NCBI GenBank assembly: GCA_010909165.1
Contig: VJWM01000197.1
Span: 1-64,000, forward strand
Source: Anthoceros angustus
Taxonomy: Eukaryota; Plantae; Anthocerotophyta
DNA: 64,000 nt
Direction of reading: 5' to 3'
The stretch's first letter is position 1, and every line of letters begins with the position of its first letter. Positions 1-13,543 of the stretch are shown here, one piece after another. Below the pieces are notes generated by a model. It was given only the letters and a program-made list of their open reading frames with translations, was not told the origin of the DNA and made no database searches. Position numbers and translations under genes: made by a program.

Positions 1-599
1 GTCGCGAGTAGTTAGACGTGAGTGTGCTGGGACAACGGACGTAAGTGAGACAAGAATCGCCTCAAACGCCGCAAACGGAGCCCGCTATTCCCTTTGGAAC
101 GAACTCTTCCTACAACGACACGGATTGCGTGCCCGGCCGCACAAGAAAGTCGCGCCACAAGCCTCACCGACAGCCAGCAGAGCCACCACCATCGACCATG
201 TTACGATCGGGGGTGGAGTGACAGGCAGCCGCCTACGCCCATGAGGAGGCCACCACTTGAGGCGATGCGCTACTTATGCGCTCCAAATACAAGGAGTACT
301 CGAGCACCGATTGAGCCCACCAATCGGCATAAATGCAGTGAGCAATGCCATGGTGGACAATAGGGGCGTATGTCAGAATGGCTATGCTCCCAAGCTTGTG
401 CGGACATGGGGGCACTGACCGTGATTATTGGCAAGGCTCGCTAGGTTGAACTTCTGTGAACGCGACACTCCGCCATTCACTGAACATCAAGCGCGCCTGT
501 GGAACTGTGCGTGGAGAGATCGTCATTAACGCCATCTCATCGGTTGAAGTGCGGCCGCCATGACATTGGCTATTCATTGCCTTGTCACGTACAACCGCT

Positions 600-1900
600 A
601 ATTTATGTCCTTCTGTGGAGTTTTGTTCCCATCCCAACATCGCGGACAATTGACAGGTAAGCTCACTATCGCCCTGGGCCATGAGTGGAGGTCGAGATAA
701 AGAACGCCCGCACGCGATGATGGATGCACCTCACCCGCCTCGGAGGGATTTAGCATTATCAGCATGAGACAAAGTGCTGGTCAAATTTGAGAACTACGAC
801 CACCGCATATTACGGCGCAGACCGGGGTTGATGAGGCATGGGCCAATTATTTGGCCCGAGTTATTTCAAGGAGGATAGAGGAGGTGTATTGCCACATTAT
901 GTATGATTGATCCAAGTGAGGCGATGACCTCAGCAAGTTGGACCCGAAGTCATGGCTAAAAAATATGTTATGGGGTTCTTGGTGGGAACCACACTTATGC
1001 ACCATGAAACATCTATGTGATATATCACTGTGGAAGAAGAGGTCTAATATGTTGAAGCCCATGTCATTGCGGCTTATCGCATGTAAATGCGAGTCCTGCC
1101 ATGGATCATAATACTAAGCCTGGACAAAAGGAAGAAGATGAGCTTCACGAGGTGTCCGATACTTAAGAGATGAGCTACCATATAGCAAAACGAAGGAAGG
1201 GGTACAAATGACTATGCATGGAAGTACAACTGCATACAGTCAATGATTGAGGATGATGAGGGCGCTAAGACGATGTGTATAAGGTAACAAAGTGGATAAC
1301 CGCACACATTTTATTCATTGCCACAGGGAGGGAAGGTGCTCATGTAGACTTATTTTTTCAAGGGGAGGCCGGAGAACTACTTAATGTAAGAAGCATTTAC
1401 CAGTAATGCAAAAGAAAGGGAAAGGGAAGCGCAAGTTGACCGAGGAGTGTAAGCAAATGGACATTGTGTACGTGAAGCCGAAGGACATATTGGCAAAGCC
1501 ATGGAAATCGTTCCAAGGCATACCATTTGGAGAGTGCGGGCAGCAAATTCGTGAGCCGATGTAAAAGGTGTTAACCGCCCGATTGATTTGAAGGGCATGG
1601 ATGAGGAGATCAGCTGGAAGAAATTTCATGTCATACATATGGCGGTCACACCCTGGGTGCTCTTCATTGAGGAGGTTCGAGAAGAATATCCGCTGCATTC
1701 CACGCACTGTGGCCGCCGTGGTTTCAAACTACTTTTGGCCGAAAGGTGAGTTTCCCGCCCATGTCTCACGAAGGTGTGGCGCGACTACCGACGGCCACCA
1801 CAAGGCACAATCCTGTGTCGTTGTAGTAAGGAGTCCGCCCCAAGAGAATGATAAGCTCACGTTTTTAATCGATTCTCACCTCACCTTTGACGCCACTTAA
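600..1900 (-). mobile_element. Decayed Ty3/Gypsy retrotransposon, integrase and C-terminal part of pol (possible chromodomain remnant near 640-690)
   Basis: Frameshifted minus-strand fragments resemble the Gypsy integrase PLPIP..PW..ISMDF block (ORFs 1381-1707 and 1377-1598: ICCPHSPNGMPW / GTISMALP). MAQGDSELTCQ at 682 weakly resembles a chromodomain W.G...SE.TW. Boundaries approximate. Confidence 0.6.
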
Positions 1901-1930
1901 CACATTCCGCTATTTTGCACCTAACTACTG

Positions 1931-4900
1931 TGAACGTCTATCAACAGCCCGGCGTGGCCAAACGTTTTAGGACCCATTGGCGTATCGCTCACGGCCACTG
2001 CTTCTAGTCCTCCTCTACCACCTCACTACACTTATCAACCTTGGGGAAAACGCGAGTGACATCCGGACCTCCTCCGCCGCTCGCCGGCCTCCCCATCCGG
2101 CTCAGACGCCTCCGAGAGTTCCTCCCACACGCTCCGGCCCTGCTCACCGGGCCGCTGAACAAGGGTCCCCGCCTTCCCCGCACACACCACACTTTAGGGT
2201 CCATCACAGACCTGCCTCCGGCCGCTGCTCGCCAAAGGACTCAGACTCACGTTAGCAAGAAGACACACAAGGGTCCTGCAAGAAACGCGATCAACACCAA
2301 GAGAAGATGATTTACTCACAGCTCACCTCTTATACTACAAGCCGCCTTTATTACACCTCTAGCCGAGACCACCGCAGCCCTAACCGCCACTATCCTCCTA
2401 TTCCTCCTATCGCCGCCGGTGGTGGGCTGATGGCCCGACCTTCTTGGCACCGCGCCCAAAGCCGAGCCCCACGATGGGCGCACCCAATCGGATGATCCGC
2501 GAGGCGGGACCCTTCCTCTCCCGAGGGTCTGCCAGCGCCACCGGTGGCGCCCCGACAACGGCCACCACTAAGTCCTCTCGCCTCCTCTCTCCGGGCGGCC
2601 TCACAATGGGCCTCCAAGGGCTGGATCTGGGCCGGGTGATTGGTGGCTCTCCCCACTCGAGTCCGACCTCGTGACTCGCTCGACCCGAGTCCTGACTCAG
2701 TCCCCTGGGTCCGGGCCTGTCCGGCCTTCTTCGAGTCGACCCTGGGTCCGGATTGCCTGGGTCCGGCCTGACCCAACCTCGAGTCCGACCTCGTGGTCCG
2801 TCACTAGAGTCTGATCTCTAAGTCCAGACTTCCGGACGGATCCGGCTCTAGTCCCGACAAAGTCCAACCCACGCCTCGGGTTCCGCCTCTCATCACGCTC
2901 ATCCACCGAGCCCTCCCTTGGTTCCCAATGCTCCAAGCCTCTTCCACGGCCTCCCTGTGATCCTCCTCCTTCCTTCCATGCGAGGGGTGCGAGTGCTTAC
3001 CTCCCCGGTAGCGACCCTTCCTCCTCCTGCTCCTCCTGCCGCTCCTCGGGCTCCACTCAAACAACAGCCCTAGGCTCCTGTGGCCGCTACTGTCCCGGGT
3101 CCTCCTCTCGCCTCCTTCCGACCCTTCCGAAGTCCACCCTCCCGCCTAGGGTGGCGCAGACCCAGAGCCTTGAGGAGCTCTTGGTAGTAGGCAAAGTCGG
3201 AATCGACTTGGCCGAATGGGCCTGAGCGATTTCTCCTTGAGGTGCCGCTGGCGGCCTCTCCACACTTCCCCGCATCACGCCGCCGACGCTCTCCTCCTCC
3301 CGGCCAGCTCCCGCTAGCTTATGGGCCATGGAGCCGAGCTCCTCCGCTTCCTCGCAACCGGACGAGCTGCTTCTCCTCCAGTTTTTCCTCCGCTTATTCT
3401 TTCCCGAGGTCCGCTACTTCCTTCTCCAGCGGGCCGTATCCTGCTCGACTCTCGGCTTCCTCCACCTCCCGGCCTCGCGACGAACTCCTGCACCGCCGCC
3501 ATTCTCCTCCGCCTTCAAGCGAGCTGGAGGCTTATCTCTCGCCTCAAGTCTTGGATTCTCGCTGAGAACCCCCGCCGCCTGCGCGCTTTTGAGTTGCAAC
3601 TCCAAGGTATCCTCCTGCCCTCCAGCCTCCCCGCCGCCTCTTCTACCTCTGCACCGAGGTCCCCGATCTCCCGGCCGACCCTGCCTCCTCTGGCTCGACC
3701 GCTTGCTCCCGCCGCCCGCTGCCTTGCTTGGCCGCGCTACCCTGCCCCCTCCACCGGTTCCGATCACGCCGATAGTGTTCCTGCCGACCTTGCCGGCTTC
3801 CGCTTCCCGCCGCCAACCGAGCCCGCCGGGCGCCTGGCCCGCCGCCAGTCGCGAGCCCTCTCCGCCTCTCGCCGCCTGGCAGATCCGTGCTTGGGCCTCC
3901 TCTCAGGCCTGCCTACCGCTCACCCACAAGAAACTTAGTCCGCTCGTCGAATGGACCAGACTTTCTTCGCCTCCCTGCCTTCCTCCTCGATGCCGAGCTT
4001 CCGCCTCCTCGCCCATCCGCCTCCCCGAGGAGCACCATGCGCCTGGGCTTCCACCTCCTCTGGGCCCCGCAGACCCCAGAGCATACCGACCAGTAGCCAG
4101 ACCCGCCGTGTCTCTCTCCACGGCCGCCACCGGTGAGGCCCCCAAGAAGTCCGCTGTGGGCGGCATCTCTCATCCGCCAGACCTCCATATCGCAGCCCCG
4201 AGCGAGTCCGGCCGGGCTCGGACCCAATCAGACCCTTAGGTCCCGAGACCGAGGTCCCGAGCCTCACCTTCTTTGGCCCTCTTGGCCACCTTGTTCGCCT
4301 CTTTCTGGGCCTTGAGGGTGAGGGGTTCGAGCCGACCTCTTGCTTTCTCCCCAGACAGACTGCCCAGTGGGCCGCTGGCCTCCTCCTGGCTTTCTCGCCT
4401 TCTCACCGCTTCAGTTCTTGCCACCCGCCGGTGGGCAGGCACAGCGCCGTCCGAGGTGCTGGCGGGTGGCACTGCCTTCTTTTCTTCGCCCCAGGTCGGC
4501 CGGGCTCGCCTGCCGGTGGCCGGTGGTCTGCCGGAGCCGGGCCGGCCTCCTCCCCGCCTCCAGACTGGGCGCCCGGTAGGAGGAGGGAAGTGATGTCCTC
4601 CACACTTTGGTGGGAGTCCGCCTGTGACGTATGGAGTCCGGGATTCTTCCGCCTGCCTTCCTCCGCCTCTTGCTCCGCCGGACGGGCTGGCTTCCACCTG
4701 GGTTCTTCCTTCTCGCCTCAGAAGGGGCCCTTCCCGAGTGCGCCCTCTTCTCCCTCCTTCAGGAGGTGCCCCCACATGACCAAGAACGACGATAACGCCG
4801 ACGGGAGGAGGCTTCTCACACCTCGCCAGAGCTGATTGATCCCGGCGAAATGATCCTTCCCTCCCGCCTTCTTCCTCTCGCCAGAGCATGCAGTGAACAC

Positions 4901-6014
4901 CAAGAGATTGTCACCAAGGTGATCTACCTTGCGAGCATGTTCCAAAGGGACAATTATCCTGGCCACCGCTCAGACCCTCCCGTCAGCAACTCCGACATCA
5001 ACCACCTTTGGCGCTATGCCTGGCCGTGGGGCGGCCTTGCCGCCTATCTTCCTCCGGCCTCAGAGGTTCCGGGACTACGCCTCAATTTTCTCCATCGTAT
5101 ACACCGCCTCAGACCTCCACGGTCCACCTCCGGGTCCTCGAAGGCTCTGATCTAACCTCCTTGTTGGCCGCTGCCAACATCTTCCCGGCATTCTGACTAG
5201 GGTGACATCACAATGTCCGACAGCCTGGAAACGTCCAGCACCGACTCTCCTCCACCACGGCACCAAGTCCGGAGAAGGCCGGTATTGGGCTTTGCGCACC
5301 AAGTTCCATGGCGCCACCTCCGCTGGCTTTGGGTCCCATCTTCCCGCCCTTCGTCTGGCCGAGTGAGGTCTGCAGCCCGTTCCTTGGCCGCGGCCAACTG
5401 CTTCCTCCGCTAAGTCGAGCCGCGCCAAGGTGCCTGGGATCAAAAGACAACCGAGGCTGGTGTCGAGGCCGAGAGCGCGAAGATCGCTACTTACTTGGGA
5501 GAATGACCTCCGCCTTGCCTCTGGCAACTGGCCGCGGAGGTGGCTCTTGTGTCCAGAATCGCCGGGCTCGCATGGCTTACTCACGCCCGCCTACTTCCGC
5601 CTTACGCCCGCTACTCGTCACAGCAAGACGCTGCGTGAATACCTGCTATAACGGCCTCGCAAGGCTACGGCCCGGCTCGCCCCGCCCGTGGCTGGCCCAC
5701 GTGGCCGCCTGTCAACTCACGACACTCAACTCTCGTGTACTTATCCTGCTTTGACCGAGGTCCGGACTTATCCCATATCCCGCGCGGGTCCGTGGCTCTT
5801 CGTGAGTGGTACTGTGGTCCGCTACCTACTCCGAGTCCTGAGTGCACTGAGCACAATGAGTGCCGTCTGCTATTCCTCCTTTCCGCCTATTTTACCCTTC
5901 GCACTCACGAAAAACAAACCCAAGTTATTTCCTAACCTGGGAAGTCCGGTTGCTCTAGGTCCTAGAGGGCGCCGGCCGTCGCCCCTGTCTGCTCTTCCCA
6001 GCTTTGGACTAACA
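1931..6014 (-). mobile_element. ~4.1-kb GC-rich insertion, probably LTR-retrotransposon derived, carrying a degraded charged/coiled-coil ORF and nested in the Gypsy pol
   Basis: Sharp rise in GC content. It separates RNase H (>6020) from integrase (<1900) of the same minus-strand Gypsy. It begins TG (1931), ends CTAACA (6014) and is flanked by ACTG on both sides. Minus-strand E/K/R-rich fragments (e.g. LKAQKEANKVAKRAKEGEA) and GAGTCCGACC-type short repeats at ~2650-2830. No paired LTRs seen. Confidence 0.5.
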
Positions 6015-6019
6015 ACTGT

Positions 6020-7100
6020 GGTTCGCAAGAATCAAGGACATTGAGGTCTTGTCGAAACTTCCAGATGTCTTTCATCATTTTATTTTTGAGGTGAACAATT
6101 GGAAAGGGCTGGAGGACGAGCAGCGTGCTTTGGCGGACAAGGACCTTGATGAAGGATTGGAGGTGTTCAGTGTTCCCTCCTCGGAAAAACAAGTGCAATA
6201 CCAAGTGGAAAGCAAAGATGTGGTAGACATGCGAGGATTTCTGAGAGGATGGAAGTACACACTTCTGGTGATGGACGTTCCAAGGGGGTTTCAAATCGGG
6301 CCCTTGGACAAACGAGTTGACAAGTAGATGATGGACACTGCAGCTTATGGAGAAAACAACTCGATGAGTTGAGAATGATTGTCATGCATGGTGTGGATGA
6401 GGCGCACACCGTGAGGGAGTCCATGCGAAAGTGGAGCAGGAAGGGCTTGGTCTCATTTGTATGGGACAAGACCAACATGAACAACGTGGTGGGTTCAAAC
6501 CGTAGAATATGTCACAATGGGTTGGGGATGAAAGATGGGTTCAAAGGATAGAGTTCCAATGATGCCCAATGCCATGCAGCACTTTCCACAATGGGAGGTC
6601 CGTGATCGCCTCACGATACTTTGTGAAGAAACAGTGTACATGTCACAAGACAAGCCGGTGGTTTGCCCATACGAGGCCTGGGCTTATGATGAGACTTATC
6701 GAACCTTCTCGAGAGGGGATTGGATTTTGGATGTATAACTGGGAGGGACAATGTTACCAAGGCCCTATTATGCTGATGTAATTGTATCTACGTCGACTTG
6801 AGGTGTGCGATATATTCCATGGATTTCCGGGCATGAGGTTCGCCTGATGTCAAGAAGAATCGACATTTGACGCCCACCGCAGAACTTGCGCACTGTAAAG
6901 GAGGTGTGTGTCAGAAGGACTCGCAAGGTGTGGTTTTAAACGCTTAGCGTCAAGACCAAAATCGGAGCCCTTTGAGGGACAGCAATCCTTGATAGTGTTT
7001 GGCAGCCTTCCCACGAATTTCCCACGATGACTACCAAGACACAAGGGCTTGGGGAGAACGATAGAAGAGGAAGTGGAGTCATTCAAGGCTATTGTGATGG
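6020..7100 (-). mobile_element. Decayed Ty3/Gypsy RT and RNase H region
   Basis: Minus-strand LVLSHTNETKPFLLHFRMDSLTVCAS resembles PVL..PD..KPF.L..DAS...GA. SEILACLPHL / STWYC / NTEHLQSF...QPFPIVHLKNK resemble the RNase H ELLA..W..YL..TDH block. VKCRF..SMEYIAH resembles RT KC.F....YLGH. Many frameshifts. Confidence 0.65.
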
Positions 7101-7162
7101 ATTCGAGTTTGCTCTAGCCCCGGACGAGTCCCAAGTTAGCCCTAGGGAGTAGGCTTAGTGTT

Positions 7163-7415
7163 TGAAGATTTTATGTGAATTGAATTAATAAAACACAATT
7201 ACATTATTGATAATTGAAAGATCAAATAAAAGAGTAACTTGCTTATGCTTAAAACAACCTAATTAAGATACCAAGTGTTACGCCCACTGTAAGAGTCACA
7301 ACCCTACCGAAAGGGTACTAGGTGACTAGACCTAGTTTACACATCGATAGGTTAACTAAACTAAGGTAACATAACCCTAGCATGAGTCAACACATAAACA
7401 ATAATTATTCCTTCA
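7163..7415 (-). repeat. 3' LTR of the Copia element
   Basis: TGAAGATTTT...TTCCTTCA; near-identical to 13544-13798. Confidence 0.95.
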
Positions 7416-7425
7416 CTCCCACTTG
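7416..7425 (-). other. Polypurine tract of the Copia element
   Basis: Minus strand reads CAAGTGGGAG immediately before the 3' LTR. Confidence 0.8.
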
Positions 7426-10400
7426 TTGATCATGACTTGTACGCCTTCTCTCGGTTTCCTTGTGTCCCTTGACGGCCCTGCTTGTCCGGCGATTACGCCC
7501 TAGTTGTCACGAGTACCATAGACCGAGCTACGCCCCTCCTTGGCGAATAAAAGCATGGAGACACCCAGGTGAAGTGGTCTCACGGGTGCGCCTTACTCAA
7601 CAATAGCATACGCCTGTGCTTGAGTGTAGTTCTCATTATCCGTGGCTAAGGAGTGCGAGAAGCGGAGCATCATGTCTTCGCCTCCGTGATCCGAGACTCC
7701 AGCACCAAGCCAGAAATCAGAGACCGCAAGGTGTTTACCACAACTAGAACAATGCTGTTCCTCACGATGTGAGCACTCCAAATGCAGGGTACCAAGGTAA
7801 TCGCCTCGTGGAAGGCGAGGCACCAAGGAGGTCCTAGCAAGGCGAGCCGCCACGCCAGCAGCAAGTGAGCCCATGGGCGGGCTCGCAAGACGCCGCCTCA
7901 TCCGCACTCCAAAGACAAGAGTAAAGGCCCATGTTAATCCCGATTTCGGCTTTTCCGAGAATGAGACTAACCTCGTGGAAGAGCCTAGCTTTCCTAAGCT
8001 GCAGACTGCTCAAGGAGACTGATCGCTCTTATGGCTCCATCAAGCATCCGCCTCGTGGTGGGGGTTTATGTGGGCGCACAAAGCCGTGATGAGACGTGTC
8101 AAGGTCGAAACTGGCTTACCCATTTCATGTGGTCGACTTATAGTAAGATCCCGCTTCCTGCTGCAATCTTTTATTGTGCATGTGAGATGCTATACTAAGC
8201 TCCCATGGCGGATCCAACATACGCCTGAAGAAGAATCGAGCCTCAATCAAGACAGGATTTTCAGCAAGGAGAGTGGAGGAAAACCACCGCCTCCTATAGC
8301 AGCCCCGATCCTTCAAGATGAGGAGGAGAGTCACCAGGCCTGAGAATCGAGTCCGATGGGGATTCCTATTCTTTGAAGTCTCGTGATGAGACAAACTTCA
8401 ACGACTACACGACGAATGCTTCTTCGGGCCGTAGCTAGAATCGCCGAATGACTTGACTTTATGCACTACTACCTAGGGACTCGAGGAGTCACCTAGGCCT
8501 AAAAACTTTACATGCTTCTCATGTAGATCCCGCCTAAGCCTTTGTGAAAATGTCACCGGGTTTTCTTGCTATGTATTCCAGTAGATATTGTGCTTGCACT
8601 AGTAGCTCTCTAATCCAAAGGGTATTCCACGCCACATGCTTTGTCCTGAGTGGAAGACGGATTTTCAGCGAAATTGACCCTTGGTTGTTTCCTAATTTTT
8701 GTGCAAGCAGCAACTCAATGCCAAGCAAAACAGCAGCTTTAGCCAAATAACCTCCTTCACGCATGTAAGTACTCTATTTCCGTGCTTGAGAGTGCAATAT
8801 TTTGCTTGCAACAAATTGGTCCTCCAAAGATAGCTCACCACATAACCTCAACCGACCTCCTCGTATCTATGTCACCGCATAATAATCGGTATACGAGGTC
8901 TGCCACACCATCTTTGTGAGTATACACAATACCTGCTTTGGTGTGCCTTCGATACCGGAAAACTCTCTTAACACAAGTCCAATGTGTCCTGTGGTTTTAG
9001 AATCGATGAGCACTTGTCGAGTACGCCACCTCCGTCGTGTTGTATTGGCAGCATATATGAGTTTGCCCACACCTTGCCGATGGCACATTTCTCATATCGT
9101 CCTTCCTTCTCGTAATCATGACATATCTTTGCTCAACTTAAGACCACTTGGAAGAGGTGTCGCAGCAGGTTTGGCGTCCTTGAGTCCTAACTGCTCTGCA
9201 CTTTCCAGCAGATATCGGGGCTGAGTCATGGTAAGGATCCTTTTTTCCCTATTGCGCTGAATGTGTATTCCTAAGCAACTTTGCAAAGGTCCAAGGTCTG
9301 ACATCTTGAATTTTTGTGCCAACAGATTCGTGATCGAAGAGATAAAGTCCAGGCTGTTGCTTGCAAGGATGAGGTCATCGACATAAACAGCTAAGTAACA
9401 GATTACATCATTCTTGATGTATACGATAAGTCACCTTTACTTTTTGTAAAACCTAGAGCTCGAACTCCTTGTCCAAAGGCGATTCCATTTCATTGAATCG
9501 CTTAAGTCCATAGAGGCACTTAATTAGTTTGCAAGCATAATCCTCCTTGCCGTTAACCTCATAACTGTGGTCTGCATGTAGATCTCGTATCAAGGATTCC
9601 ATGCAAGAAAGCCGCCTTCACATCAAACATCCTCAGCTCGTAGTCCTTGTCAGCAGAATCGCACATGGTCCAAAAGTAGCAAGCTTGACGGGAGCAAAGG
9701 TTTCGAGGTAATCTAAACTGGAATTTGTGTGAAACCTCTAGCAACTAACTGCCTTGTATCTCAAACGATCCATCCGCCTTGACCTTCAATTTAAAGACCC
9801 ATTTACATGACACCGCCGCCTTGGGCAACTTTGCTAGTTCCCAAGTTCCATTCTCGATAAGAGAATCATATTCAATCGATTGCCTTTCTCCATTCCTTGT
9901 GATCGAGAGCTTCCTCATAAGACCGTGGCTCTATGGGATCTAATGCCGCATAAGCCTTCACATGAGAAGAGGTAATCCAAGTCGTGCATGATAGTAGGGA
10001 GGTCGACGCTCACGTAGGGTAACGAGGCTCGCTCAGTTAGCAGAAGTACATCATCAACTTCCTCTAATTCCTCGTCAAGAGCATCCCGATCAAGATCACC
10101 GTTGCATCATCGATCGCTATTCGGTTGAGGAATGTGATCCTCAGTAGATCCGGCAGTTGAATGTCAGTTCGTGGTTGTTCTTCTCCTAACATGCCTGATT
10201 GCCCCTCGCAGGAGCATGTTCCTCAACAGGAGGATGAGTGATCTGTCAGTCATAGTGAGAGAGTTCAAAGGTTTCCTCATCTTCGTGGTGGAACATGAGT
10301 GTGCTCCACCGACGCCCAAGTACGTTTCATCAAATGTAACACCGAGCATAGATGACTCATTGTGGGGGGACATCATATAGCTTGTAAGCTTTAATCCTCT

Positions 10401-13400
10401 CAGATACCCCAAAGATAAGCAGCCTTATGTCTTATCAGCCTTATCCCGCTTAGGGAGGATGAAGGCATATGCTAGACACAAGGTCCTCAAGTGTTGAATA
10501 GAGGGCTTCGTAAAAGCCTCATAAGGAGTTTTGCCTTCAACTGCAGGTGGGTAACGTTCGAGAAAAGTTGAAGTCATCAAAGCCTCATGGGGTAGTGGCA
10601 AATGAGCATCATGTAACAATGAGGAGACCATCTGCAATGTGAGGTTCAAGCGCCCGCCACTCCATTCTCTGGAGTGTATACGAGTGAGTTGGCCCAATGC
10701 CTTCTCTTTCTGTAACGCTGGAATTCATTAGATGTAAATTCCCCGCCATTATCAGATCTCAGTGTCTTGAGCTGTTTTCCTGTCCAACGTTCAGCGAATT
10801 TGATGTATTCCTTGAAGTAGGAGAAACATTCGCTTTTGTTCTTCAGGATATAGGTGGTGACAAATCTGCTCTTGTCATCTGTAAACGTTAGAAAATAACG
10901 TCCACCTCCTATGGACGCTTGAGATAAGGGTCCACATAGGTCTACAAGCTCAAGGAGATCATCGACGATGAGGTGCTTTGTTCTTGAAGGCCTTGGTGTT
11001 TCTTCGACAACACACAAGCCTCACATAAAGGTATGGCGCCAAAGGGCCAATAGGTCCATCTTGATACAGTCACTCACCCAATTTTGCAGCTTTGCCATGT
11101 GAGGGTGACCCAAGCGTGCATGCCACAACTTAGACTTTGTTTGTTGTTGTGCGATGCAAGTGAGACATCTTGTGTCGTGGGACTCGCTACTCCAAATGCA
11201 AATGGAGACTAATGATCGTGGTCCAAGACCCATGTGCAAGGACCTTTCTAGGGTCAATAGCATCTATGATTCTACAATCTCTAGTGAAAACAACGTGATC
11301 TGTTATTCAGCATTCAATCGATGAAATAAGGTTTCTAGTCATTTCGCACATAGTAGACTTCTAACAACATGAGTGTGATCCTCGAGGAACTAGCAACTCA
11401 ACTGCAAGCACCACGTGAGACTAGAGACTGTCGTCCCCAAGGTAAACACCGATCCGAAAAGACCTATATGTTTTGAAAGCATTTCTATCAAAGCATATGT
11501 GCAGAGCACCGTGATCTAAATACCATTCATCTATTGGTTTCATTAGCTTTGGCGTAAAGGCAAGTGGGAAGCGAATGGACTAGCAAACTCCCTAGTCCAA
11601 GTAAGAGCCGATGGGGTATTAGCCTTCTTTACCACAACATTGGCGCTGGTGCCCTCCTCATGAGGAATTCAGCTTGCTTTTGCGACACTTTTTTCCCAAT
11701 GTCCAGTGCGCTTGCACCAGGCTTTTTAGTCTTCCCAATGAGGATCCGCCTCGAGCTACCTCCCTTGGAAGGATTTCCACCACCTCCTTTGGAGAAGGAT
11801 TTCCTCGCCTTGATTTGAGGTGTCGGGGCTGTTGTTTCGCTTTCTTGTGATTAGTTCGCTTGCTCTTCTTGCAAAGATGGAACTCACAAGTTGTGAGAAT
11901 GACATCTGTGCATCTCTATGCCTTGCTTAGCCATGTAGCTTGTCTCGAAAGGTGTGGAGGTCACAGTGTGACCAAGACTCGTGAAGCGAAAGAAGGAGCC
12001 TCATCACCATCTCATCATCCTTGATGGCAACTTTAGAGGCACTGGCCGGGAGGCTAGGGTCCTAAAGGTACTCACGTGCTTCTCCACCGAGTCCCCATCC
12101 TTCATTCTCAAGTTCGAAATTTCTTAAAGTCATTGACCGACCATGTTCGCGTGAGAGTTCCTTTAGACGATTCATGATTTCTGAAGTTTCCACCGCCTGC
12201 CTCAACATTCGCTTGTCGTGCCACGCGAATGAGGTACTTGGCTCCGCTTATCCTTAGCTAACCATTCTTCTTCTCCCAAGATCCTCGTCTGTTTCACTAC
12301 CTTTCCGGTTGCATGTTTCAAGAGCCTCATTTCGAGGACGCCCTCCATCCGGACCGCCATATGTCAAAGTCATTGCCATTGAACCGATCCTTCTCCTTGA
12401 AGGATTCATTACCTCCATAGTTTGGAGTTGAGGCGTTGCCATGTTTATGGCTTGTTGTTCGACCTCGTTCAAATTCAGTATTGAATATATCCCCAAAACC
12501 CCCGACGGACACACCGCTCATAACGCTTGTTGATTCCGTTGCGGTTTTGATCCCGGATCCTCCTCGTAGGCAATTTTGGAGCTCCTCATCTCGAACCTAT
12601 TGTAGGCATACGTGGAGCAAGATGGACACGAGTTAAGTGAGCTAAAGCTTCGCTCACGATTTGTCTTACTGCGTGTTTACGTGTTTCAACACTGGATTTT
12701 TGAGCATCTCGGGCTTCAAAGATAACCAGCTTGTAGTCCAAGTGTGCAACTTGCTCCTTCAGATCCCGTAAGTCAACGCTTCGTAGACAAGTGTCCATTA
12801 ATTTGTGTGCGCACTATCCCGTTATTTGCTTCGATGCGATTAATTATTGTGCCGACACTGTGTTTGTGGCGCTTGAGTTGTGATGAAACCACGGGGCTGC
12901 CTGCTTCCATCAAAAGCTCTTTGTACACGCACTGCAAATTTAGTGGATTTCTTGGAGGAAGAGTAAACACCGATTCGCTCTTGAGGATAGAGAAATTCCA
13001 CAATAGTATTAAATGCGCTCTCGGATCAGCAATTTGCATAGGTCTATTTTGGTTTTGTTGGCTCCATTGTAGGATGCCGAATGTAATCGAGAGCAATTGT
13101 GTGCCCATCGCCAATTCTTGACCTATTTTGCCTAGGATGATTACGAGTAGCGGTGTTGCGCCACTGGTGCGCATCTAAATTGGCCATGTGCCGTAAGGGA
13201 TTTGTGTTTTATAAGTGCGTAAATTGCATCTTATATTTCTTTGTATTTTTCTATATATAATTTTGCCCATTGGGCATGTTTAGTGTATGTTCATTGCAAT
13301 TGCTCAAGGGAGCAATTCAATGAATGCACGCTAGAATGGCTACCTAATGCAGCAAGAATTTGTATAGATTTTTAAAGAAAACAACACAAAATTCATTTCT

Positions 13401-13529
13401 TGATGTTTCTTTAAAAGTTCTTTTTCAAGAACATGTTATTATTCAAAACAATACCAAAACACATCTTTCTGCACATCTTCTAATGCAGAAAATTTGTGTG
13501 TGTGCATACTAGATGCATCTCCATCTATC

Positions 13530-13543
13530 CCCGCCCGATACCA
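13530..13543 (-). other. Primer binding site, degenerate tRNA-iMet type
   Basis: Minus strand TGGTATCGGGCG directly after the 5' LTR; the canonical site is TGGTATCAGAGC. Confidence 0.7.

Noticed and set aside
3242-4240. 303-aa and 205-aa plus-strand Pro/Ser/Leu-rich ORFs
   Set aside because: Antisense shadows of the GA-rich minus-strand coiled-coil sequence in a GC-rich insertion
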